DNA from: Catajapyx aquilonaris
Lineage: Eukaryota
NCBI GenBank assembly: GCA_000934665.2
Contig: JYFJ02004279.1
Span: 1-33,381 of the forward strand
DNA: 33,381 nt
Direction: 5' to 3'
Both the position numbers and the translations under genes were made by a program. The notes under the pieces are model-generated. The model had not been told where the DNA came from. It saw only the letters and a program-made list of their open reading frames with translations, and searched no databases. Shown piece after piece: positions 22,591 through 32,099 of the stretch; position 1 is the first letter of the stretch, and each line of letters opens with the position of its first letter.

Positions 22591-23619
22591 GCTGTCATGA
22601 CATGACACCGCCAAGGCCGGTGGTAGGCTAGAATCGGGGCAGGGATGAGTTTCTCTTTTAAGACGTCGAACGCCGTAAAGGCGCTGAAGGAGGTCACAAA
22701 AGGGCGACGCCGCCCGCCTTCTGCTTCATCTGCGGCTGATTATCATTACCAATAATTTCTCAATGATAGCATGAGTGTATTATTATTTACATAAAGGCTT
22801 TAGTAAAAGCAGCATATTTGCAGAATATATATGTTTGTAGAGTGGTTATGTGGTGTCAACATAATCGGCGGTATCTTTGTAGCTATTCCCTCGACGGAAA
22901 AAATGATACGGACCGAATATGTGTAAATTCGTTCAATCTTTCATTTCGGATCTTCTCTTATTATAAAGCACCCTGAATCCAACATGGCGTCTGTTGCGAG
23001 AGTTTTCTCTTTTTGAGACTTTCTGGTCCGGATTGTGGGTAGAACCGGGTGGGATCGAGTCACAGGTCGTCAGTTTCGAATAAATGGAGTTGCAGAGGGA
23101 CTGATAGGGGAACGAGCCATGGCCCCAGTCGACATGGAGATGATGATGGAGACAATCTTGTCCGTGAAGCATCTCCTGGAACTGATCCATCCTCGACTGG
23201 ACGTACTGGAGGATGGTGTGGGCTCCCTGAAGGAATGTGCCTGGTGTGGCGGGTGCAGAGTGAGTGAAGAGGGAGAGGGTGAGTTGAAGGGGACCTGAAT
23301 TTTTAAAAGGGGGACTTTGACATGATGTGAGACAAGTGGTTGCATTCCAATCGGGGCTGCCAACCGTTTCTAATGGAAATCAAATGGAATTATTCCATAA
23401 TGAGCTACAGGTACGCCATAGGGTAACCTCTGGCTATAGTAAAAAAGTTGGACCCTCATATTGCGTTCTGAACATACCTTCCCTTCTCATACTGACGTGC
23501 CCAATGACTAGAGGCAGCAGAAATTGCCACAATTACTTCATTCCTATACATCGGAGGTTGCCTCTCAGAGCACACCTCCGACGGACGGCGCTTCACCACC
23601 AGGTCTCCCCCCCCTCTTT

Positions 23620-23842
23620 GTCGTCCCAAGTACGTGGGCTTCGTCTAATTTTGTGAACCATATGTTCACCTTGGGGCTTCGCCAAGGAAACGCCTTCACC
23701 CCAAACACCCTCATAGATGTGTCCTCGTCCCCGCCGCTCTCCTCGCTACTTATGTAGCCTTTCTTCAGGACTTTCAACATCATCTCCTTTTTTTTGGCCG
23801 TGTACTGGCATTTCTTATATGCGTTTAATCGCCGGGTGAGCT
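23620..23842 (-). mobile_element. C14orf93-like domain exon, probable DNA-transposon (EnSpm-type) accessory ORF
   Basis: KLTRRL...YISSEES...VKAFPWRSPKVNIWFTKLD, following a TTTTCAG acceptor. Confidence 0.5.
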
Positions 23843-24019
23843 TCTGAAAATAAATAACCCTGTTTTTTTTCGTGGTCATTTTCACCTGCCTCGTTCTTCT
23901 CCATCCAACCACTATTATATCCCCCCTTTGGCCCTTCCCCACTTCTTCTCCCTTGTCGCCCCTTTACAATGCCATTCAAATTTAAGATGTGGGACACTGC
24001 AGGGCATCACGTAAGTCAA

Positions 24020-24860
24020 GAACTTGATATGCTGTTCCAGGTATCTCCGCATTTTTGTGCTGGTGAATGTTGACACGTTCTCAACATCAGCCCATACAGT
24101 CTGGACCACTTAGATTTTGAAGGGAACCTTTGTGGCAGAAGGAAAAGACAAACTTGTTGGTTGTGGGAATGCCTACAGCAGCCCTGGTCTCTAGGAGCAA
24201 CTTAATAGCTGCGGTGACTTCTGGCGTCAGAAGGACTGGCAGCTGGCACAGTTCTTCCACGTTTCCCTCTAATCTTCACAAGGTTCATTTTCTCACAGAA
24301 TCTCTTTTCTAAATCCGTCAGTGTGGAGCGGAACAAATTTTCACATCCTTTGTGCCATTCAGGGACATACATTTTCATTAGGGCCGCTTCACCACCTCTG
24401 CGCTTGTTAAACACAAACATTCGTGTCAATGTCACTTCTGCCAATTCTTTGTATGTTGCTTTGCTAGGATCATTCTTCAATTTGAACCTTAAATCATCTA
24501 TCTGCAGCAGCTGGAACTTGGTAAATTTTTTCAGCTCCTCTTGTGATGGAAGGTGTTCAACTTTATTCGGTTTCCTTTTGTTCATAGTGGACAGAGAGCA
24601 TGCGGAGATATTCTTGTTGCCCATTGCAAGTCAAGTAAATGCAAAAAAGACTCAACATTTCTAAGGAGATGTGAGTCCTTCTTCCTTAATGCCTTGCCAC
24701 GCAGTACACACCTGCACATTTTCTGAGTGTGCGCCCATACTTCAATGCACGGGACGGGGGTTATCATATCCTGATCGCCACAATGTGACTTGGACATGCA
24801 TTTAACTGTTTCTATGAAGAAGTCAAATGTTGCCGGCCCGGAAGAGAATTGAAATCGTCC
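24020..24860 (-). mobile_element. Crypton-like tyrosine recombinase fragment, frameshifted
   Basis: LAEVTLTRMFVFNKRRGGEAALM...VKIRGKRGRTVPVLLTP...NKFVF...TSTKMRRY contains the catalytic R and K plus the xxRx box. The C-terminal H/Y is missing. Confidence 0.65.
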
Positions 24861-24948
24861 CAGTGGCGCCATGTTCTTTGTACGCAAGAATTCGAAACTC
24901 GGGACGTTTTATTACTCAAAAGAAATGAATAGGGCCTACACCCTACAG

Positions 24949-25010
24949 CAGTGGTTCCCAACCTGTGGGTCGTGAAGCCTTTTCCGGGGGCCTCGCGTGG
25001 TGGCCGCGAT
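24949..25010. mobile_element. Single hAT (Charlie-like) terminal repeat
   Basis: CAGTGGTTCCCAACCTGTGGGTCG. No partner TIR was found in the window. Confidence 0.6.
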
Positions 25011-25189
25011 ATAATTTTTACTTCCTATAAATTTATATGAAATTTTACCACGAAGGTTTTTATGTCTTAATAATTATGTCTACAATACATTGATTGTTGA
25101 GTGCGTCAAACATATAATTTACTTTCCCTACCAGCTCAATAGTCCCTAAGCTATAAGGGTGACCAATTCCAAAAACTTAGGTGCGTTTC

Positions 25190-25715
25190 AAGTGAAGCTG
25201 CCACTTAACACTTGGGCAGCCCTCTTAACTTTCATTTTACTCAAACTGTCCGTATAAATGTGCTTTCTTGTTAACTTCGGAGCGGAAGGAAACCGCTGCA
25301 TTTTGTCCCTCTCATACATTTGTACAATAGGCTCCCAGCTTGCCACCATACCTTGAAATCGAAAATCATACTTCATGAGGTTGTATCGCAGGCTTTTCAG
25401 GAGGTGGGGGACATCATAAATACAATACAGCATTTCTCCCTTGTGGTTAAAGTAATGGCTGGTCTCTGACACCTTCAGGGACCTAGGCAAAGCACACATG
25501 TTGGGACCCTGGTCTGAGACCACGCCTACCGGTCGTAACCCACACTCTTGCAACAATTCGAGGCATTTTCGCAACAACACAAGACGGACACTGTTTGGGG
25601 CCGAGGCAGGAGCCAAAAAATACCCCTAAGGTTGCTTCCACTGTCCAGCCACTCCCCGTGCCATTACAACTAATACTGATTTGGCCACTTCTGGTTTTTC
25701 CAACCCTAACCCACC
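25190..25715 (-). mobile_element. P-element/THAP9-like transposase fragment, second family
   Basis: VMARGVAGQWKQP*GYF...VVSDQGPN...YDVPHLLKSLRYNL...ASWEPI...APKLTRKHI...KMKVKRAAQVLS. Confidence 0.9.
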
Positions 25716-26774
25716 CATGTTATACCATTATACACATTATACCACACCTTATACTTTATACCTTTATACAAATTATACCACACCTAAAACACGTTACACC
25801 ACATCCCATAACGACATTTGAAAATGCATTGAGAAAGTGGAGGTCAAACGTTACAAAGGGGGAAGAAACAAACAAATACAAAACAATTGAAAACTGCATG
25901 ACACAGAATGTAACACAGTTCGAGTTCGGAACAGGAGCATTCCGACAAAAAGCACATGACACAGTACGTAGAGGAAAAGGTATGGCAGAAAAAGTACGCC
26001 AGGAAAATTCCGACAGGCTGCCTGAGCAAACAAACCACAACCTTACATATTCTTACATATAGCACATTTGTAACACCAGCTGGAATCCTGGGCCTGCCCC
26101 GAGGCCGTAGCTGGACCGTGCCTCATCAGGAGCATCTCTCATTCTGTATTTATACCATTGAAACCGTCACATGTTCAGGATAATTATTTTCCACTGAGGT
26201 TGCCATTGAAGCATGTCTGAACTTATGTGGGACTGGCGCAGTTCGTGTAGGGATTGACACATACCTCCATGTTCCAACTTCCATCGTTGTTAGAATCGTA
26301 GACGTTGTGTGGGACACTGAACTCCCCTTCGGGGACGGTGTCCACAGTTAATTGAACTATTCACTGGATGAAGATGATTACTGTTTGGACCATAAATTTA
26401 TGTGCGGCGTTATAGTAAAAATTCCTGCCTCATTTCTTTGTGAGTTACAGCAATAAATTCTAAAAGTGCCAACTGTAACTTGCAGACATGAGAATTTATT
26501 GCAAAAAATTTCCCACCATAGTAAAAAAGTGATCATGGCTTGCAGATGCCAAGTTTTGTGAGCATTTTTGAATGAATGGATTTCAAACACCATCGCATTA
26601 ATTAAGTATGAACATTGTTATCACAGAAAATTTGACTCGGACAACAACTGACTCATACATTAGCCTACATTGTCTTATGTGGCATAGCAAGTGTAGAATA
26701 ATTTCTCAGGGAAATCCATGAGCCATGCACCTATTTAATGCAGCAGTTAATGATTTGTAATTAATTTGAAAGTG

Positions 26775-26882
26775 TTGTGTCTGGGGTTTCTGACTACGCA
26801 GGTGTGCCATCCTTCATCCGCCTGTGTCACATTTGCCACAACCAATTTTTGGGGATCAGTCATTACATCATCCCCTCCAAAC
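26775..26882 (-). pseudogene. Ig I-set C-terminal half exon, FGFR Ig3-like
   Basis: After a pyrimidine-rich CAG acceptor: FGGDDVMTDPQKLVVANVTQADEGWHTCVVRN (LxIxNVTxxDEGWYTC pattern). Confidence 0.55.
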
Positions 26883-27189
26883 TGGATTTGGTAAAGAGAT
26901 AGAGGGCAAGAAGGAGGAGAAGAAGATGTCAGTGAGACTGCTGTATCTGTGACAAGGCAACCAACCAGCCAAAGTTGCGTTGGTCGAGATTGATGACTGC
27001 AAGCATTCATCATGCTCGAAGCAATAATATACATAGGAAACCTGCTCCTCGGGAACCTGCGTAACGCATACTAACTAATTTATTATTTGGAAAAGGGGTC
27101 ATCATCTCCAGCGCAGCAAATGAGGGTATGCCCCCTTTTCAAAATGACCGATTCAATTACGTATGCAGGTATATATTATAGGCCAGGGA

Positions 27190-27690
27190 TTTGTTAATTT
27201 CCAACAGCAATGATATATGGCTGCATGATGCCATCTGCCTTGTTTTTGGCCACATTTCCACATCTTCACCCAACTGGAAGAAAATAAAACAACCTCAAAT
27301 TTCTGCACTGTCATTTAAACTGTCACAGTAAAAGTTTCTTACCTGCACAAATTTAATTTGTGATGTCTGCTTTTCCGGCCTTCTCTGCCTTCTTCACAGT
27401 CCCCACAGCAATGATGTATGGCTGCAACAGTTGATCCGACTTGTTTTGTGCAACGACTTCTACATCAGATCCCAGCTGGGAAGAAAAATTAATTGTAAAA
27501 CAAGTGATGTATGGTATAAATTGGCTGCAGATAAATGACTTTCCTTACCGTGGCAAACTTGATCAGGGATGACTGCCTACTGTCTGCTGATGCCTTGCTG
27601 CTTCCTTTGCGCCGGATTGACACTGGGACAAGTTGCAAAAGGAGCAATACACTTTTCAGGCACTCTGTTAATGATAGTTATGAGTTACCA
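27190..27690 (-). mobile_element. EnSpm-type accessory ORF exons, two paralogous modules in tandem, introns retained
   Basis: VLLLLQLVP..RRKG...LIKFAT|GTAAG..CAG|LGSDVEVVAQNKSDQLLQPYIIAVG, then KFVQ|GTAAG..CAG|LGEDVE..VAKNKADGIMQPYIIAVG. Confidence 0.55.
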
Positions 27691-27869
27691 AAAGTGTCCT
27701 TCAGACTATATGACATGGTACTATCACTATATTTTTATACTCACTGTCCTGCACTTCATTGTAGGTGGAGAGTAAATCTGGGCATCCATATCCATATCCA
27801 TTCCTCCTTTATGACACACTTGCCGCTTTCGACTTATGACCACCTTCACAGGTCAAAGGCTCCACTGTG

Positions 27870-28115
27870 CGCCGCCTAACCACTAGCTGCATACCACTGC
27901 CATAAATTGTAGTGAGGAAGTTGACGTCCCGCTTGTCCTTCCACCTTCCAGCTAGCATGTTCCCAGCTCTGAGAAAATGGGCTTCCCCAACCTCCACTTC
28001 TCCCAGCATGGTGTCAGGAAAGCCCCTGGAGTTTGGGCGGATCGTGCCACAGGCAAAGGTGTCCACATCCATAAGGTCCTGCAGCAACCTGGGTGTTGTG
28101 TATGGTACGCCAAGT
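27870..28115 (-). mobile_element. piggyBac transposase core fragment
   Basis: YTTPRLLQDL...ACGTIRPNSRGFP...GE...WKDKRDVNFLTT. Confidence 0.85.
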
Positions 28116-28479
28116 AGTAGTCTGTTATAGTTCTCTTGAGACTGGCTCAGCAGCAGCGGCGGCGGCACCTGCAGGGGCAAGAACAGCAGCCGGAGGGGCA
28201 ACTACAGCAGCGGGGACAGGTACAACAGCAGCATTCATCTGGGTCTCTAGATAAGATGATGCAAACTAACTGGCTTCCCCGAGGAAATCAATGTGGCTTG
28301 CCATCTGACCATTGGTAAACCTCTCCTGTAGACGACGGATTTGTAAGTCCTGCCGATTCCAAGTGCGGGACCTGGGCCTCCGCGGCCGAATACCGTCTCT
28401 GGCACGTTGATAGTCCAGGGACTGCGCCTCCTCGGTGGTCCGAAGTCGCCCTGGAAATTAATGCATCTCTCAGAGGTGC

Positions 28480-28845
28480 CCATGATCGATTGATCAACAG
28501 GTCCTCCATTGTTGCCGGTGCAGCCTGCACCAATTCCCTCAGTGATGTAAATGTACACCCCCGGGAATATGTTTTTAGTTCAGGATGAAACCTCTGCATG
28601 ATGAACTGTACTCGTTCGAGCTGGTCAGCCTCCAGTTTGACCTGCTCAAAATAGCCCTGAATGGCCGTAATGAAATGGTAAGCGGCTCAGCACTAGCCTG
28701 AGTGCGCTTCTCCATCTCTTCCCGTTCCCGGAGTTGGAATGCGTATCCAACACATTCGAACTTTTTACCCTGAATGCAGACACAAAAGTGTCCCAATCAT
28801 TAAACCGCCATGCAGTTCATACCAGGCCAATGCCTGACCGTCAAG
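28480..28845 (-). mobile_element. Gypsy gag (Arc-like capsid) fragment, frameshifted
   Basis: GQALAWYE...WDTFVSAF...EEMEKRTQASAEPL..FITAIQGYF...ERVQFIMQRFHPELK...FTSLREL. Confidence 0.7.
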
Positions 28846-28924
28846 AGCGGTCGGCATGACCTCCTGGAGCACTTCCTTTTTTGTGCACCTCAGGATCCGA
28901 CAATATCTGTCGACCTCCTGTAAG

Positions 28925-29050
28925 AATGGTACTTAGAGGCTGGTAGTATTTTAATCCAAAGACTGCGTGCATGGCTAAGAAGGCAGCTACCCCCATCACT
29001 ACATTGCTTTCTGAATGTGAATTGTTGTTACAAAATGAATACAACAGCGG
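28925..29050 (-). mobile_element. Possible EnSpm-type accessory ORF C-terminal micro-fragment
   Basis: GVAAFLAMHAVFGLKYYQPLSTIL resembles FxxxxVFxLxYP. Short match. Confidence 0.4.
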
Positions 29051-29073
29051 TAGGCCAGTACAGAAGAGGCAAA

Positions 29074-29540
29074 TCATTCTAAGCGGAAATTGAGTCGGCG
29101 AGGCTTCTTTGCCAAAAGCTCTAGAATGTCCTCCGATCTGACGCAGACGTCTCGATGGATGTTCAAAAGTGCCAATCCATTCATGCGGCCTTGATTTGTT
29201 GTGCTTCGCAGGTAGGTTTTCAATCTTCGCAAGGTTGAAAATGATCTGTCAAAAACATTCAAACTCTTAAAGATATGAATATTTGCTTGAGCCATTTGTA
29301 TTTAAAATATTCGTCACTTGCCTTTCGCTGGAACTGGTTGACACCGGGAGAGTGGCAAGGTATTTGAGCAGCCGTCGAACAGTTGGGTACAAATCGGCGT
29401 TACACATCATTACAGCATCCATGGCATTTTTTTGGAGGCTGTTCCATCGTCGCCACCCGTCGATACCACATTTCCAATTCCCCAAGTGCAGTCAGATGGT
29501 CGCACTTAACGTCCTCTGCATATCTGTCCACGAGTTCCTT
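29074..29540 (-). mobile_element. hAT transposase C-terminus (second family) with retained intron at about 29248-29320
   Basis: GELEMWY...LYPTVRRLLKYLATLPVSTSSSER|intron|SFSTLRRLKTYLRSTTNQGRMNGLALLNIHRD...KKPRRLNF. Confidence 0.85.
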
Positions 29541-29876
29541 CATCTGCTTTTTCTGTGAATTGTTCGGCGTGGGAGAAGCTCGTGTTTTGATGGCTGACCA
29601 AATCTGCCTCTTCACTGGCATCAACTGCACCTTTGCCATGAGAGGTAGCGAAAAAATTCCACCTAACATTTCTGGCAGGCTCTTCTGAAGATAACATACA
29701 ACACCTTGAACATGAACTTGTTCTTGAATTGAGATGCTGCCCCGTCACTGAATACATCAATTGTATCAAATCTCGCATGTCCACTTTTTATCATATCGTC
29801 AAGGATCTCGGACAGGCAAGCAGAAACGGCAAACTTATCGTGTTGTAGGGCGTCAGAATTGATGACGTATGATTTT

Positions 29877-30220
29877 TTTTTTTTTTAATGTACCCCGTTG
29901 TGGGCCTAAGCCCTATAGGGGAGTGGGACACCACCATTTCTTTTTGTTCGATTTTCTATATTTTCCAACTCCGGTGCAAGGACGAAAGGACATGGGGTAA
30001 GGATAGGGACTTTTTGGGGAGGGAACATAGGTGCAGGTGCAATGTCTACAAATGGGTCATGTGCTGTCCCCCAGGAGGGTAGGTTGCCAGACACCTCCTT
30101 GGTGCAGGTCAGAGACCCTCCCGACGCAGGTGAAAGGAAAGTTCCCCAGGCGGGGATCGAACCTGGGGCCTTTCACACAGCAAGCCGTGACGTTACCATC
30201 ACGGCCACCACACCTCCCCT
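29877..30220 (-). mobile_element. tRNA-derived SINE, full length, poly(A) tail, 15-bp TSD
   Basis: TSD ATGACGTATGATTTT at 29862-29876 and 30221-30235. A-box TGGCCGTGATGG (30196-30207) and B-box GGTTCGATCCC (30153-30163). T-run to 29886. Removing the insert restores Sola2 TKSYVINSD. Confidence 0.9.
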
Positions 30221-30584
30221 ATGACGTATGATTTTGTACCCTGCTTGCCTGTCCACAAGACGGCTGTGAATAGGGTAAATTGCTTCTTGTGCCTCATAGG
30301 AATCTACCTGCAGCACTGCAGTATTCGATGAAATTCCTTGAATGTCAAGTTTTGCTGCCGCTTGATGAATCCATGTTTCAGAAAGGAAGGAACATCAGAC
30401 TGAAGTTCATCAATGACCTCTGATACCAAGGCCGTTTTTGCAATCTTCTCCACTTGTCCATGAACCGTAGCCCACGTGAACCATTGTACCTACAGGGCAT
30501 AACATCGTATGAAACACAGACTGCATGAGCCCCAAAAGTGGCCGAATTTACACTCTACCAAAATTGACTCATCATGAATGATAT

Positions 30585-32099
30585 TTTTTTAAAAAAAAAT
30601 TTTAACCCCTTGATAGTGTGACCGCAAGGGTAGGAAACACGGGATCTCACTGGACTAGATTTATCGCTTTCAAGACTCAACGTACAGAGGATAAGGATGG
30701 GATTTGAAATGGGGAGAGGAACGGTATGTGGACGACCAGTCGCCAGCTTGGGGCGCTGACGACAGGCCTCGACAGCAGTGGAAAAGAAGTATTCATCAGA
30801 AAAGGGCATACAGTGCATGATGGGTATGACGCTAGGTTGGAACAGTATGGCCGTAGGGTATGATGGGTAAAGTACTATGCAGTAGATGATGAACACAGAG
30901 ATAACAAATACGGAAAGCAAACCTGTCCTTGACTACAAAAGAAAATCGATGATACTACAGTTAGATGAGGTATGTAGCAAAAGTGTAAGGCGGGAGAATA
31001 CTAAAATTTCTCAGGTCACAATAGCCTTGAAGGCTTTTCGGGGGACATTCCCCCCAGCATCAAATTTACATACATATAAATTACTTACACTCAAAATAAA
31101 CAGCAAAAAAAGAAAGGTTATTCACACAAATCCAGAATCTTTAGCAGACCACTGAAAAAGAGAAAAAGGGCATATGCTTTGTCCTTGGTTAAATGCGCAA
31201 AGAGCCAATGAAGCCTGTCCGGTGGAACTTTGGAAAATTCCTGTAAGTACCTCTGACTTAGTTTCCGCGTCTGCCTGCACTCCATTAGGACGTGATGCAA
31301 AGAAAAAGTCTACTCCAGGTTGCACAATTGACAATAATCTTCCGTTTTAAATACAATTTTTTCGCCCTTAAACCAAATGCACTTACTGTTAGACATATTT
31401 CTGAGGTTGCAAATTAACCTAGTGACTGGTAGTGGGAGATTCCAGTTTAAGTAAGGCGTTTTATCCTCTACGCTCCTTATTTCCAAATAGTGTGCATATT
31501 TAACCGTCGCCGACAGCCTACTTATTAGGTCCTCCGAGCGGAGCACCGGGTCTTGGCCGTCCCAGCACGTGCGCCCGCTGGAACTCGATGTTTTCCGGGT
31601 GATCATGTAGGTTATGTTGTCCAATAAAATGGCGCAACTGCTCCACGACCTGCTTCCATGTATCGTTTGGCTTACTTGTTTGGATGCCAAAGAAGATCAA
31701 GTTGTTGCGGCGCTCGCGATTCTCCATGTCATCTATCTTGGCCATCAGCTCGGATTGTTCCATCTGCATCTCTTGTATTCGCCCGTTTGCTTCAGACAGC
31801 TGCGTCTCAAGCCCCCCTTGGCCTTCTCTTAATGCTTCCAGGATTGCTGTCCGCTTGGTATCCATAACATGGACAGCATGGTCCAGCCTCTTTGCAAGGC
31901 TGTCTGCTAGGTCCATCTTTAGCGCATCCAAAAGCGCATTGACTTCCTCCTTTGTGGCCATTTTACGGGAAGGCAAACGTGCCCCGTACTACAACCACCA
32001 GGTCGAAGTAGGCACAAAACGAGGGGACGATAAGGATTGCAAGCCAACCTCGGAGCCACTCGACCTGCCTTCTCCACTGCTGGGTAGGAACTGGGAAGT
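30585..32099 (-). mobile_element. Internally deleted LINE (5'UTR, ORF1 N-terminal part fused to ORF2 C-terminus, 3'UTR), 17-bp TSD
   Basis: TSD CTCATCATGAATGATAT at 30568-30584 and 32100-32116. ORF1 coiled coil plus MENRERRNNLIFFGI...FQRAHVLG. ORF2 end CQLCNLE*..LHHVLMEC. A-rich tail. Confidence 0.85.

Noticed and set aside
25715..26060. Truncated LTR beginning TGTAAG on the minus strand
   Set aside because: No matching end, TSD, primer-binding site or polypurine tract was found, and the sequence is low complexity.
28136..28240. Poly-glutamine coding region
   Set aside because: It is a short degenerate CAG-rich tract between piggyBac and gag fragments with no supporting gene structure.
30140..30220. 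tRNA gene
   Set aside because: A and B boxes are present but the cloverleaf is degenerate and continues into a body, poly(A) tail and TSD, so it is a SINE head.
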